A stretch of 64,000 nucleotides of DNA from an uncultured delta proteobacterium (GCA_963803975.1 CAWDOY010000001.1:96001-160000), one strand, 5' to 3'; shown: positions 1-11,474, numbered from the stretch's first letter. Program-made: numbers and translations. Notes: generated from the letters alone by a model not told the origin.

Positions 1-142
1 GCGGCATTGTTGTTTCAAATGATGAGGTATTTTTAAAGAGAGGTTTTGGTGTTTCAGTTTTAAGACATCCTGAAATTGCGATTGAACTTATCAGGCAACC
101 TGCTAACAGAGAGTACCAAGAAATTTTTAAACTGTTGTGCAT
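1..142 (-). CDS. Putative lipoprotein, N-terminal part (runs off the window edge)
   Basis: Read by hand: AAGGAG RBS, ATG at 142, then MHNSLKISWYSLLAGCLISSIAISGCLKTETPKP..., a hydrophobic signal with an ISGC lipobox-like motif. Confidence 0.6.
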   Translation of the reverse strand, partial: MHNSLKISWYSLLAGCLISSIAISGCLKTETPKPLFKNTSSFETTMP

Positions 143-319
143 GACGTTCTCCTTTTATGTTGTTGATTGTTTAATCACCAGTAACTACCAGTCTATGGGC
201 TGTAGTAAATCTATTTCAGGTTATGCACCTCATTATCATCGAGCAAAGTAAACCCGGCTCTGGTGAGCACTGATACTGCTTCAGGCATTTCTTCTACATC
301 TAAAATCATCAATGCCCAT

Positions 320-410
320 TTATTTAATAGTATGTTTCACTTTTTCTAAAATAGCTCTAAATATTTTCATCAACTCATTGATCCCCTGTATCAGCCTTTC
401 CTTATTCCTT
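320..410 (-). pseudogene. Possible C-terminal remnant of a four-helix-bundle protein gene
   Basis: KERLIQGINELMKIFRAILEKVK* resembles the last helix of four-helix-bundle (TIGR02436-like) proteins. No N-terminal part is present. Confidence 0.3.
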
Positions 411-611
411 GTGGCATTACAGGAAGCTGCCGAAGACTGTGTCGCCGTAGAGGATTCCGCCAATGGCGTTATGGCGGCAAAGGAGGCGAGCATGAAATGT
501 ATAGGTTTTAAAAACGCGAATTCCGGTGAACAGGATTTGTCACTGGCAGATATGGTGATTGATGATTTTAGAAAAGTTAATTTAGAAATCATTGAACCAC
601 TGTATAATTAA
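405..611 (+). pseudogene. C-terminal fragment of a HAD-family phosphatase (beta-PGM-like)
   Basis: EDCVAVEDSANGVMAAKEASMKCIG...DLSLADMVIDDF is HAD motif IV plus the C-terminus. The N-terminal DxD motif is absent upstream. Confidence 0.65.
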
Positions 612-927
612 ACGGAAATAAGGAAAATTAATTGGACATCTGGAAGAAAAACTGGGTAAGATATTGAAACCGCAAAAAGGCGGGAGACCGAAGAAGCAGA
701 AAAACTAGTATGGTCCCCTGATTTCCTGATTTCTGTTTTCGTCCCCTGATTTCAAAATCCTCGAAGCACTCTACAAATAGCCCCGCTCTTTTATCTATTC
801 CTATTGCTTCAGGCATCTTTTATTCCGCAACCCCGAATCCCCAATCCCTATCTTCTATTTTCTATGAGGCAATTAGGGACGGGCTTCTATTATGTAAATT
901 AACGTCGATATTATCCTTGTTTTGCCT

Positions 928-3718
928 CTAAACGCTTTTAATTTTGTGCTTTCTTTTAATGACTTTCTCCGAAGCATGCGTGATTGGATTAATGTACTTT
1001 TGGTAAAGGTCAAAAAGAAACTCAAGCCGTTCAAGTTCAGTTTTAAAAGATTTTGAGCGGTAGCAGACATCAACAGCGGCGTCTAATGCCTTGTGCGCAT
1101 CAACAAGCGCCTTGGGCATGGTGTTGGGATCATACAGATCAGCAAGTGTAGAATCGTGAAACTTGGCGCGGCTATCTAAAACCTTCTGAGCTGCCTCTTC
1201 CACTCGCTGCTTCTGTATCGGGGTGAGTTGTTCGGGCCAGGGGAAATTGTTATATACGATGTTGTTTGAATAACGATAACGGGCTTCAAGCCGCCCACAC
1301 ACCTGCCGCATCCAAGCCATATGCATAGAGGATTGCAGTATGCCGAAATGATAAAGGGTCGCGTTGGGCAACATGGCACAAGAATTATTAGCAATATAAT
1401 TTTTATCAAAAAACGACATAGGAACAAAACGACTATTTTCCGAGGAATGCAGAGGTATTAAAACATAGTTACTTTTGGGTTGACGGATTTCTCCAAACAA
1501 ATATGGGGTGCTTGCGAGGCCAACGGTTTGAGCTTTTTTGCTGTCTTTACGAAAATTAATACTCCTTCAACTCTTTTCATGATTTCTAAGAGTTTGCGAA
1601 ACTCAGAAGGTTCTGCATCTGCCAGCCAAACACACCATCTTTTTTCGCCATTAATAAACTCGTGGGCGCTTATCAGCGGCTTAATAAATTTATCTGCAGC
1701 TGGTTCCTTTGAAAGCAGCTCTGCTTTTTCATCATCAGCCAGCAATAAGAATCCGCCATCAGTGGGTTTGCTTCCATACACCATTTTAGGCGCATCACAT
1801 ATCGGCTTACTTCTGCTGACAGCCATTACATTTGCCGCATCAACCAAATACGGGTTGATATTACGGACAATTATTTCATGTGGCTCCGCATCAGGTTCAG
1901 CGTAATCATATAACCGTTTGGGTTTTGCATCTTGGAGACCAAATCCTATAACCACACAAAACACCGCTGCTTTACCACGCGCGTCGTTTGACCATCGAAA
2001 CGTGCGATGCGCAAAATGGATTTTTACCCCCTGGTCAATAAGCCATTGCCACAAAGCCCCGACCTGCTCACCTTGAGTAATTGAATTTGTGGATACGAAT
2101 GCAACTTTAATTTGTGTGCTCTCGATAAACTGCGTTGCCTTCACATACCATGCGCATACATAGTCAAGCATTCCTGAGTTTGGTAATGGCGCGCAAGCCA
2201 GTTCCATATCCGCATTTTGCGAAGTATTGCGAAGATGTTTGCCTATAAACGGTGGATTGCCGAGAATATAGAGAGAAGTGTCGCTTGAGTCATTCGGCTT
2301 GGAAACTATAGCAGCCCAATCAAGCTGCAAAGCGTTGCCGTGTTTGATATTGGCAGATTTTTTAAGCGGCAACCTGACAAAGCTCTGCCCGAACTCTTCC
2401 GAAAGCTGCATGTTCATCTGGTGGTCGGTAAGCCAGAGCGCAACCTCTGCAATGCGGACGGGAAATTCCTCGATCCTCTATCCCATACATTGCATCAACA
2501 TCGATTCGGGATATAATCTTTATATCAACCACAAGCTGGTGCGAAGCTCTGCCGGATAAGGTGCGGAGCTGTTTAAGAATGGCGATTTCAAGAAGCCGCA
2601 GTTCGCGGTAAGTAATAATCAAGAAATTGCCACAGCCGCAGGCGGGGTCGAAAAACCGTAGTTTGGCGATCCGCTCATGCAGTTGCTTCAACTTCCTTTC
2701 ATCAAACTTTGATTTTTCAAATTTGCTGCAACTCATCCAGAAACAGCCCGCGCACGACCTTTAAAATGTTTTTCTCAGAGGTGTAGTGCGCGCCCAGATT
2801 GCGGCGCTTGTCTTTATCCATAACCGACTGAAACATAGAGCCGAAAATGGCAGGAGAAACTTTGCTCCAGTCGAAAGCGCAGCATTCCGATAGAACAGCC
2901 CGCATTTTTCCATTAAAGGAGGGAATGGGAAGACTTTCGTCAAACAGCGAGCCATTGACATAGGGGAACTGTTGCAGCTCCTCGTCGGAGGTTCTCTGCC
3001 GCAGTTCCTGGGGCCGGTTTAATGTCTGAAATATGTGGGCTATAATGGCGCCGGTGTCTGAGCCGTTTTCACTGGTTCTGGATCTCGATAAAATATTTGA
3101 AATGATCTTTGGGGAAAATGCCGGTATCATCGGCAAAAAGGCAGTAGAGCAGACGAACCAGAAATATTTCCAGTTCATGACCTGCATAGCCGCTCTCTAA
3201 AAGAGCGTCATGCAGCTCACCCATTTTTTCTGCAACTTTGATATTAACGGGATCTTCGTCAGTGTAGGTTTGCTTTGTATAACCTGAGATGAACCCGAAT
3301 AAATGAATTTTATTAGGTAATTGGGATAGTGTGAAGCTGGAAGCATCATTAGTTTCCAGATTGTAAAGATAAAAGTCTGTGAAATCGGATACCAGCACAT
3401 ATCTGCGGCAAGTCCTGCTCGCTGATGCCGGTAAAATAATCAAGTGCCTGTTCGTATGCCTTGTTTAAATCTTTGCCCCTGGATTTATGCTCGACTATCA
3501 GCGTGCCTTTCCAGAGCAAGTCTATTGACCCGCGATTAGCACCGCAGTTTTTTTGCCGGCTCTTCAAATGAGGCAACCCGCCTGCGGGTGAGGCCGAAGA
3601 TGTTAAAGAATTCATTCCAAAACGTTTGAGCTTCGGCTTTCTCGCTGGTTGCACCTTCCCACTCTTTTGCAAAGGCCCGTGCGCGATCTCTTATTTCTTG
3701 CTGGCTAAGGAGAGGCAT
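928..3718 (-). CDS. MmeI-family (type IIL) restriction-modification enzyme / YeeA-like DNA methyltransferase, split by several frameshifts
   Basis: Seven consecutive ORF pieces reconstruct one protein: nuclease IDLLWKGTLIVEHKSRG, helical spacer, GAHYTSEKNI, motif I FFDPACGCGNFL, motif IV GNPPF, and target-recognition C-terminus YRYSNNIVYNNFPWP...LADLYDP. Confidence 0.9.
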
Positions 3719-3877
3719 ATGGTTTCTACATTAAAATAGTTTGTGGAAAATAATGGAAACCGTTGGGAAACATGCGGCCTAATTTTCATATGGCAATTTA
3801 AGGCCGACAATATTCATGGGAAAACCATTCCCTTTATTTTAATAAATGTAAACAAAACCTCAATCATCAATAACAAC

Positions 3878-5038
3878 CTACCTGCTATACCTATCCATCA
3901 CCTTTCTCACTGCATCTATCACATCCTGCACATCATCATCAGTAAGTTTCGTCGACAGGGGCAGGGAGATGGTGCGCTCGGAAACATAGAGGGCTTTGGC
4001 GAAATCATCCGGCTTGAATCCATAGCGTTCGCGGTAATACTCGTGCAGGTGCAGGGAAATATAATGGATGCCGGTGCCGATATTTTCTTCATGGAGCGCC
4101 TGCTGGATGGTGTCACGGTCTGCCTTGACGTCTTCAAGCTTCACCAGAATGGTGTAGAGGTGGCGTGCGTGACGGGTATTTTTCTCTGGAGGGGCAGGGG
4201 TCACGACTGGCAAATCTTTGAAAGCCTCATCATAGCGCTTCCATAGTTCTTCCCGGCGCGCGAGTCCTGCTTCAAGGCGCTTTAACTGATGGATGCCCAG
4301 TGCTGCCTGAAGGTCCATCATGTTATATTTAAATCCCGGGAAAATAATCTGGTAGTGCTTGAACCCCTCGTCGGAATATCTGCGCCAGGCCCCTTTGCTC
4401 ATGCCGTGCAGCCCGTAGGTCTGAATTTTTTCCGCGTATTCGTCATTATCCGTTGTCACCATGCCGCCTTCGCCGGTCACCAGGTTTTTCGTCACATAGA
4501 AGCTGAACACCGCCATATCACCGATGGTGCCAATCTTTTTGCCTTGGTATTGTGCTTCTATGGCATGGGCAGCATCCTCAATGACAAGCAGGTTATGGTT
4601 TTTTGCTATTCCCATAATGCGGTCCATATTGCATGGCCTGCCGCAGAGATGCACCGGGAGAATTGCTTTTGTTTTTGGAGAAAGTTTTTCCTCGATCAGC
4701 CCAGGGTCTATAGTCATGGATGATAACTCTATGTCAACGAAGACCGGGCTTGCGCCGGTGTGCAGGATGGCGTTCGCTGTGGCGGCAAAGGTCATGGGCG
4801 TGGTAATGACTTCATCGCCGGGCTTCAAGCCGGCAACAATCATCGAGAGATGGAGGCCAGCGGTACAGGAGTTAAGCGCAAGAGCATGTTTTGAGCCGAT
4901 ATACTGTTTAAACTGTTCCTCAAATTGAGCGACCCGGGGCCCGGTGGAAATCCATCCCGAGCGCAGGCAGTCGACAACCTCTTTAATTTCATCTTCCTCA
5001 ATCTGCGGATTGCCAAAAACTAAAAAATCTTTACGCAT
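3878..5038 (-). CDS. DegT/DnrJ/EryC1/StrS PLP-dependent sugar aminotransferase
   Basis: GWISTGPRV, NSCTAGLHL, IEDAAHA, SFYVTKNLVTGEGG (PLP lysine), GFKYNM. Confidence 0.95.
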   Translation of the reverse strand: MRKDFLVFGNPQIEEDEIKEVVDCLRSGWISTGPRVAQFEEQFKQYIGSKHALALNSCTAGLHLSMIVAGLKPGDEVITTPMTFAATANAILHTGASPVFVDIELSSMTIDPGLIEEKLSPKTKAILPVHLCGRPCNMDRIMGIAKNHNLLVIEDAAHAIEAQYQGKKIGTIGDMAVFSFYVTKNLVTGEGGMVTTDNDEYAEKIQTYGLHGMSKGAWRRYSDEGFKHYQIIFPGFKYNMMDLQAALGIHQLKRLEAGLARREELWKRYDEAFKDLPVVTPAPPEKNTRHARHLYTILVKLEDVKADRDTIQQALHEENIGTGIHYISLHLHEYYRERYGFKPDDFAKALYVSERTISLPLSTKLTDDDVQDVIDAVRKVMDRYSR

Positions 5039-5152
5039 GGTGCATATTCCTTTCGTATCATGGGACGCAGATAAATGCTGATATTAAGAAGCGCAGTATC
5101 AGCAACTATACCATAGAAATGAAATCTGCAGGTATCTGCGAAAATCTGCGTC

Positions 5153-6100
5153 CTATCTGTTTTTTCTCAGGCCCCAGGAATCCGGGCACAGCAGCAGGTG
5201 CCACCAGAGCAGATATGCATAGATTGCAGTTTTCTCACGGAGCCTCTGGCTGGCGCCAAACGTAAGGCAGAGGCCTGCCAGGTTAAGGACGCAGTTAATA
5301 ACCAGCTTTATAAAGCGAACAATTCTAAGTAGAGCATAGGACACAATCGGGCGGTTTTTCTTAAAAAACAGATACAGGGACCGGTAATATTCAATGCGCG
5401 CTTGTGCCGGCCGGCGCTTTTTGCTCTGTCCCTGGAGGTGCATGATTTCAGCCGCAGGATGATGATACATTTTCCACCCGGCTGCGCGCAGGCGAAAACA
5501 CCAGTCGGTCTCTTCAAGAAAGAAAAAGTAATCCTCATCAAGCGGGCCTACCTGCAGTATTGCATCACGCCGTATCGCCATGCAGGCCCCGATTATGGAA
5601 TCTACCTCAAAAGGCTCGGACGCGAAAGAATTTTTCCCGGCGTATTTCTCCGGGAAAAGGGCCCGCAGCAGGCTTTTGTTGAGCAGCTCTGTTGTGAGTG
5701 ACGGGAAATTGTCATAGCTGTTTTGCAGGGACCCGTCACTGTCAATCATGCGCGGCCCAATTGCTGCCGCGGCTGGATTGTTTTCCAGAAACGCTATAAG
5801 CGTGCTGATTGCGCTTTCTTGCAGCACGGTATCGCTGTTCAGCAGAACTATATACCTTCCCTGAGCAATCTTCAATGCCTGGTTGTTTGCCTGAGCAAAA
5901 CCCCGGTTCTCACTGTTTTCAATGAGGGTTACCTGTGTGCCGAACTGCTCCTTTACTGCACCGACACTCCCGTCGGTAGACCCGTTATCCACCACAAAAA
6001 TCTCATAACTGCATCCGGTTACCGTATTGGCAATGGAGCGCAGGCAGTCAAGCAGCAGTTTGCAGGTATTCCAGTTCACAATGATAAAGGATATATCCAT
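5153..6100 (-). CDS. Glycosyltransferase family 2 (rhamnosyltransferase-like)
   Basis: ISFIIVNWN, VVDNGSTDGS, NRGFAQANN, LLNSDT, FFFLEETDWC. Confidence 0.92.
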   Translation of the reverse strand: MDISFIIVNWNTCKLLLDCLRSIANTVTGCSYEIFVVDNGSTDGSVGAVKEQFGTQVTLIENSENRGFAQANNQALKIAQGRYIVLLNSDTVLQESAISTLIAFLENNPAAAAIGPRMIDSDGSLQNSYDNFPSLTTELLNKSLLRALFPEKYAGKNSFASEPFEVDSIIGACMAIRRDAILQVGPLDEDYFFFLEETDWCFRLRAAGWKMYHHPAAEIMHLQGQSKKRRPAQARIEYYRSLYLFFKKNRPIVSYALLRIVRFIKLVINCVLNLAGLCLTFGASQRLREKTAIYAYLLWWHLLLCPDSWGLRKNR

Positions 6101-6248
6101 AAAAACATGCAACCCTTACGCTTAATTTATGAGGGGAATATCACAAGCAGGGTAATTGTCAAATAATTTTGAAATCATTATCAGGTGCGGCTTTTCTACA
6201 GAGCGGTTCAGCGATTGGGCTGAGAGCTGTTTGGCAGGAGCAGTGAAG

Positions 6249-6710
6249 TTAGTAGGTTTCCCTTAAGATTTCACGGGCGGTTATATGAAGCTGAGACCCG
6301 GGAGTTTCGCGAGACACAATGTTAATGCGGAGGAGGAGTGAAAATTCTTCATCCTGATTATCGTTGTTTGTGTCTGTCGTTGTGTATTGAAGCCAGTTTT
6401 GAAGCCCGAGGCGCGCAGGGTCATCAGGCAGGTCCGCGCCATGGGGATTGCAGACTGCCACCAGCTGTGACCATGAGGTTATGTCACTCTCCGCAGGAAA
6501 CACCCCGTATCGCGTGACGGTCGAGTAGCTTATAAGGGATGCCTGAATAGAATGCGCTGAGGCCAAGCTTGCTGCTATGGAGGATTTTTGCCGGTAGGAC
6601 ATGAAGAGAAGAGTGGCAACCGCGGCCAAAATGCCAATGATTGCAACCGTTATCATCAATTCGATGAGCGTAAAGCCCGAATGTTTATCCTTACCCTTAT
6701 ATGCTGTCAT
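6249..6710 (-). CDS. Type IV pilin-like protein (prepilin N-terminal methylation motif)
   Basis: G|FTLIELMITVAIIGILAAVA class III signal after a short basic leader from ATG 6710. Confidence 0.9.
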   Translation of the reverse strand: MTAYKGKDKHSGFTLIELMITVAIIGILAAVATLLFMSYRQKSSIAASLASAHSIQASLISYSTVTRYGVFPAESDITSWSQLVAVCNPHGADLPDDPARLGLQNWLQYTTTDTNNDNQDEEFSLLLRINIVSRETPGSQLHITAREILRETY

Positions 6711-6848
6711 GCGCTTTACGAGTGGGCCAATATCCTCATGTGTATACCTATTACTTATGTATCTATACATAATACTTATAATAGTCAACTAATTTGTAAA
6801 TATTTTTAATTTATTATAGTTTTTAATTACTTCCCCCGGGATGGATAG

Positions 6849-8354
6849 CTAATTCCTTGATGATGCGCGGATGGCTCGCTCAAATGCCCAGGTTCTTATG
6901 TGGTTCATCTGTTCCTTCATGGTCTTTGAGAGCGGCACAATCTGCTTGCAGGAAAAAAACAGGTCATTGTTATCGACAGAACGGTCGTTCAGCTGTGCAG
7001 ATACGAGCGCCCCGATAACGCACTGCTCCACTTCAGCCCCGGTCCAGCCGTCACTCAACTTTGCAAACAGCTCCATATCAAGGGTGTCAGGGTTGACCTC
7101 GCGCTTGAGCAGATGAATCTTCAGGATCTCAACACGCTCTGCCGGTGTTGGCAGGTCGATGAAAAAGACCTGGTCAAAGCGTCCTTTGCGGAGCATTTCA
7201 GCGGGGAGCAGATCAATGCGGTTGGCCGTTGCTGCCACAAACAGGCCGGGCGTCTTTTCCTGCATCCAGGTGAGGAAGAAGCCGAAGATCCGGCCGAGCA
7301 TGCCACTTGCTGTTGCAGAATTGCTGGAAATTGAGGTTTCAATCTCATCGAACCAGAGCACAGCAGGGGCTATTTCCTCCATGGTTTTACATGCATCGAC
7401 AAATGCCCGCTCCGGGTTGGAACTGGCGGAAAAAATCTGAATCATGTCTATGCGGTACAGCGGAAGCTCAAAACTGCCGGCGATGACTTTCACCGACAGG
7501 CTTTTGCCGCAGCCTGATATTCCCATCATCAGAACCCCTTTGGGAATTATTTCATGGCTGATGCTTTCGCGCTGCTGAAACAGCTTGCGCCGCTCCTGAA
7601 GCCATCTCTTAAGATTGTCAAGACCTCCCAGATCGCTGAGCGGAATATTGTCAGGGATATATTCGATGAGCCCTGTTTTGCTGATGAGGAGACGCTTCTC
7701 TTCCAGCAGGATGGGAATTACCCCGGTGCTGAGGGTTTTACCCCGGGCCGTTGCGCGGCGGATGGCATGGAGGGACTCGTTGAAGGTGAGGCCCTGGAGC
7801 GCGCGGGCAAGCACATAGGTTTTATCCTCATCCAGATCAACCGAGCCGCCATCGGCGGCAATGCGCTCTGCCTCTGCATGAAGAAGCATCTGCAACTCCC
7901 CGACATCGGGAATCGGCAGCGCCAGAAACAGCAGTTCGCGACTTATCTCATCGGGAATGGCCTTGACGGGCGAGACCATGACCACGAAAATGTTGCGTTC
8001 GAGGCCGGCATAGTATATATCGCGCAGCCGCCGCCTGATCTCCGGGACCGTCTCTATAAGCCCATGAAAGTCCTTGAGGAGAAAAAGGGCCGGGCCGGGC
8101 TGTGCAATAATAAAATCAAGCAGCGCGTGCGGCTCTCGGGGCAGGTTTTCCGCCACAATGCCATGCTGCTGCAACCCGTCAGTGATACTCCAGGTAAAAA
8201 ACGGGACGCTTTCCCTGAAATATGTTTCAGTGGCCGATTGCAGGAGGCGCACTACCCGCTGTTCTTCAGATGATTGAATGTATATGAGCGGCCGATGCGC
8301 ATCAAATGCATCACAGATGGCGGATAGTGATTTGCTTTCAGCCTGCTGTGCCAT
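6849..8354 (-). CDS. AAA+ ATPase, Ycf46-like
   Basis: Degenerate N-terminal domain (FLLKDFH...RRLRD), Walker A GISGCGKS, Walker B VLWFDEIE, MLRKGRFDQVFFIDLP. Confidence 0.88.
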   Translation of the reverse strand: MAQQAESKSLSAICDAFDAHRPLIYIQSSEEQRVVRLLQSATETYFRESVPFFTWSITDGLQQHGIVAENLPREPHALLDFIIAQPGPALFLLKDFHGLIETVPEIRRRLRDIYYAGLERNIFVVMVSPVKAIPDEISRELLFLALPIPDVGELQMLLHAEAERIAADGGSVDLDEDKTYVLARALQGLTFNESLHAIRRATARGKTLSTGVIPILLEEKRLLISKTGLIEYIPDNIPLSDLGGLDNLKRWLQERRKLFQQRESISHEIIPKGVLMMGISGCGKSLSVKVIAGSFELPLYRIDMIQIFSASSNPERAFVDACKTMEEIAPAVLWFDEIETSISSNSATASGMLGRIFGFFLTWMQEKTPGLFVAATANRIDLLPAEMLRKGRFDQVFFIDLPTPAERVEILKIHLLKREVNPDTLDMELFAKLSDGWTGAEVEQCVIGALVSAQLNDRSVDNNDLFFSCKQIVPLSKTMKEQMNHIRTWAFERAIRASSRN

Positions 8355-8396
8355 AAAAGCTCCTTTGTTGTATGGACATCAAACAGCATCCGCCGG

Positions 8397-9479
8397 TCAC
8401 TGCTTATTACCGGCAGTGGTAATGGATAGACGGTATGAGTCTTCTTCAGGTATATAGCTAATGTTTTCAGCGTGCTCAGGGGCAAGCAGGAACTTAGCGG
8501 TAACCAGTTCATTAAGAGATGCGGGGTACCGGCCATTTCTTATTTTATACACGTCAAGCGCGTGTTCAATCTGCAGCAGCGCCTGGTTTTTTTGATATTC
8601 TGTAAGATACGGCTGTTTTACCAGTTTCGGGTTGCGCAGCAGGATATTTTCAGGGAACGAGGTCGGTAAAAGCATGACCATGAAAAGCACCAGCCCCAGA
8701 GCAGCATAGTGAATGGCAGCGCTGAACTTTTGCGTGATCATGGCAATCAGCGCCCTTGCAGGGGCGGCAGCAGGTGGTGCGGCCTCTGTTATGTAGCCGG
8801 CCCGCAGCAGTTCTGACAGTATCTTGCAGGTGTTGAATTTGCCCAGAAGGCTTTCATCAATAAGCTCCTGGGTGTTACGCCGGCCATCCAGGAGGTTGTA
8901 CACGAGCAGACCGTCATCTGCCAGATCTGCCGGAAAGATGCCCGGCATCGGTTGAAACGTCATCTCAAACGAAGGAACAAACCGTTGGACATTAGGCCAT
9001 TCATCAATCATGCGCAGGACATCAAGAAGAATTGATTGAATATTTATGAGCTGATAGAGGGGTGATTTTACTTTGACTTCTTTCGGGTTGAACTGGTACG
9101 AACCCTCTTTCCACTGAAAAATATCATAAAACGTTCCATATATCTGGATTTGAATAGCCCGCTTCAGGTCTTCCCGGGTAATAGCCCCCTGTTGTATAAG
9201 GATTTCACCAAGCTGCTCACCGGTTTGTTTTTGCATGACAAGGGCGGCCTGCAGCTGCCCGGGAGATATTAATTTTGCTTTTACCAGAAGAGTGCCCAGG
9301 TTATCTCTTCTGGATCCGGTGGTGGCGTGCGCAGCAGAAATGTTGCCTTCCTCAAGATATATTTCAACGTTAGCCCCCCTTGATTCGACCATGAGGGCGC
9401 CGGTTTTCTGCTGCTGACATATGAGCTGTAATATATCAGCAACCCCGAACTCTTTGATGGTGCCTTCTAACCCTGGCAT
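8397..9479 (-). CDS. DUF4388 (PatA_N) protein with MshEN/GSPII_N-like repeat, one TM helix and a GspG-like C-terminus
   Basis: LEGTIKEFGVADILQLI...KTGAL; LGTLLVKAKLIS...LGEILIQQG; TM segment; IEHALDVYKIRNGRYPASL. Confidence 0.8.
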   Translation of the reverse strand: MPGLEGTIKEFGVADILQLICQQQKTGALMVESRGANVEIYLEEGNISAAHATTGSRRDNLGTLLVKAKLISPGQLQAALVMQKQTGEQLGEILIQQGAITREDLKRAIQIQIYGTFYDIFQWKEGSYQFNPKEVKVKSPLYQLINIQSILLDVLRMIDEWPNVQRFVPSFEMTFQPMPGIFPADLADDGLLVYNLLDGRRNTQELIDESLLGKFNTCKILSELLRAGYITEAAPPAAAPARALIAMITQKFSAAIHYAALGLVLFMVMLLPTSFPENILLRNPKLVKQPYLTEYQKNQALLQIEHALDVYKIRNGRYPASLNELVTAKFLLAPEHAENISYIPEEDSYRLSITTAGNKQ

Positions 9480-9485
9480 AGCGTG

Positions 9486-11441
9486 TTATCCCTTTACGAT
9501 GGCAGCTTTATGGTGCGGCGCAGAACGTTTTTTTGCTGCAGCCGCCGGCGTCCCTGCGGTCATATCCAGTTCCTTACGGCGATGGGCAGCGCCTATGACC
9601 ACGACGCCGCAGAGGAGAATAAATCCCAGGCCGATACGAGATAGCCCCGGCGCGGGAGGGAGCGTGATGTCCCATGAATACGTCATAACAAACCCATGCA
9701 AGACCGTAAAGAACAAAAAAAAGGCAAATAGCACGGTGCACAGTAATCCCGGGACAAGATATCCTTTTCGCAGCAGGCCGGCACCGGGGAACAAGAAGGT
9801 GAAAAACGTGGTGATGGTTTTTTGCCGACCCTGATATTTTTTAATAGTAAGCATTTTCATTTCCCTGAGCGCTGGATCGAGCCCCTCCTGCTTTCCCAGA
9901 ATATTTGTGCACTGGGTACAGGACCGGGTTTGGTCAGAGACGCGCTCACATCTCCTGCAGAATGATCTTCCGCACGTCATGCAGCGCTTTGCAAGGGCAA
10001 AGCGTTTATATTTTACCACCAGCAGGGCGCAGATGATAAAAGCACCCGGCGCTGCCCATCCATACGCAAAGGGAATTCCTCTGCAGGTAACATCCCAGAG
10101 CTGCTGCGCAAGCAGCCTGTTTTCAGGCGTGGAGGAGAATGCTTTCTGCCAGATCTCCGCCCGCGGCAGCGGCTCATCAATAAGCAGCCGGTTGGGGTTT
10201 TCAGCATACGTGACCAGCAGATAGGTTACGGCTGAGCTGTCCAGATGTTTAGCCTTCATGAACTCAGCTTCACTCTCGGTAAACATAAATTTTTGCAGAT
10301 AGGCACGGCTGAGGTTGAAATGCGCTGCTGCGCTTGATGGCTTGAGCGCCAGAGCCTGCTGGTACTGCTCAATAGCCTGGTCCGGTTTTTTTATGGCGCA
10401 GTAGACATTTCCCAGGTTGACACGCGCCAGGGAGTTTTGCGGGTTACGCTCGAGAACTTTTTGATAATAGCGCTCTGCTTCTTTGTAATCGCCCTCTTTT
10501 TTAGAGATGAGACCCAGGGTGAACAGGCTTGCGGTGTCCTCGGGATGAGCCTCGCTGTAGCTCTTCAGATAGACAGCATCCCGGTCCTGCCAGCTGCCAT
10601 AATTTGCGGTCCAGAGTGTTTTAACCAGCGGTGACTGTGGTGCCGCCAGCATCGTGGCAGTAACAGCCAGGAATTGAGGGATGAGCGATAAAAAAAGCAT
10701 CAGGCAGATGGTGGCCTTCTGCTCCTGTTTAGTTTGATAGCTGAACATAAGCAGCAGCCAGTAACAGAGCACCCAGCAGAGGGAAAAATTAAAAAACAGG
10801 GGCACACAGAAGATACACAGTGCCCATCCCCGTGAAACTGCGTGCGGCATGCTGAGCGGGAAGATATGCTTCAGATCGTGATAGGCGCGCGGGAGATATT
10901 TTGCCAGCAGCGCCAGACAGAACAGAGCCAGGGTCAGCAGAAGAGCGCCAGCGAGTGAGAGCATTGCTGCCGCAAGAAACCGTGCCGGCGGCTCAAGCAC
11001 ATAGAGTTGTTTGCAGAATGAGGTTAGCTGCCCCCATATCAGGTGATGGAAAAATAACTTATTCCGGACCCAGCGGGATTGTGCCAGTGCAGCTGTCGCA
11101 GCGGGAAGATCAGGTGAGAGCTGTTCTGCATATTCGGATAACAGGAGTGCTTTATCATACTGTCCCGTATCAAGGGCGGTATAGCATTCCCTGATGAGAG
11201 CAAAAGAATAGGGATAATAATTTTTTATTCCCCGGTCCAGTGACTGCTGGTACATGTTTTCTAAAAATGGCTTGAGGGTTTTGACACTGTTGAGGATATC
11301 ATCAGAGAGAACAGCGGGGGCGGAATCTGCGGCACGTGCCGGACTTCCTGAAGAGTACTGGCTCAACAGGGAAACAAGTAACATAATGATGATGATGAAG
11401 GTCTGTGCGCGTGGAAGAAAAAAGGGGTTGTTTTTTATCAT
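9486..11441 (-). CDS. Multi-pass membrane TPR protein with a Cys-rich Zn-finger-like segment
   Basis: Signal peptide, several TM helices, TPR repeats (LGNVYCAIKKPDQAIEQYQQAL), CMTCGRSFCRRC...CTQC. Confidence 0.8.
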   Translation of the reverse strand: MIKNNPFFLPRAQTFIIIIMLLVSLLSQYSSGSPARAADSAPAVLSDDILNSVKTLKPFLENMYQQSLDRGIKNYYPYSFALIRECYTALDTGQYDKALLLSEYAEQLSPDLPAATAALAQSRWVRNKLFFHHLIWGQLTSFCKQLYVLEPPARFLAAAMLSLAGALLLTLALFCLALLAKYLPRAYHDLKHIFPLSMPHAVSRGWALCIFCVPLFFNFSLCWVLCYWLLLMFSYQTKQEQKATICLMLFLSLIPQFLAVTATMLAAPQSPLVKTLWTANYGSWQDRDAVYLKSYSEAHPEDTASLFTLGLISKKEGDYKEAERYYQKVLERNPQNSLARVNLGNVYCAIKKPDQAIEQYQQALALKPSSAAAHFNLSRAYLQKFMFTESEAEFMKAKHLDSSAVTYLLVTYAENPNRLLIDEPLPRAEIWQKAFSSTPENRLLAQQLWDVTCRGIPFAYGWAAPGAFIICALLVVKYKRFALAKRCMTCGRSFCRRCERVSDQTRSCTQCTNILGKQEGLDPALREMKMLTIKKYQGRQKTITTFFTFLFPGAGLLRKGYLVPGLLCTVLFAFFLFFTVLHGFVMTYSWDITLPPAPGLSRIGLGFILLCGVVVIGAAHRRKELDMTAGTPAAAAKKRSAPHHKAAIVKG

Positions 11442-11474
11442 AACCGGTAATTACTGGCTCAGCTGAAAACATAT

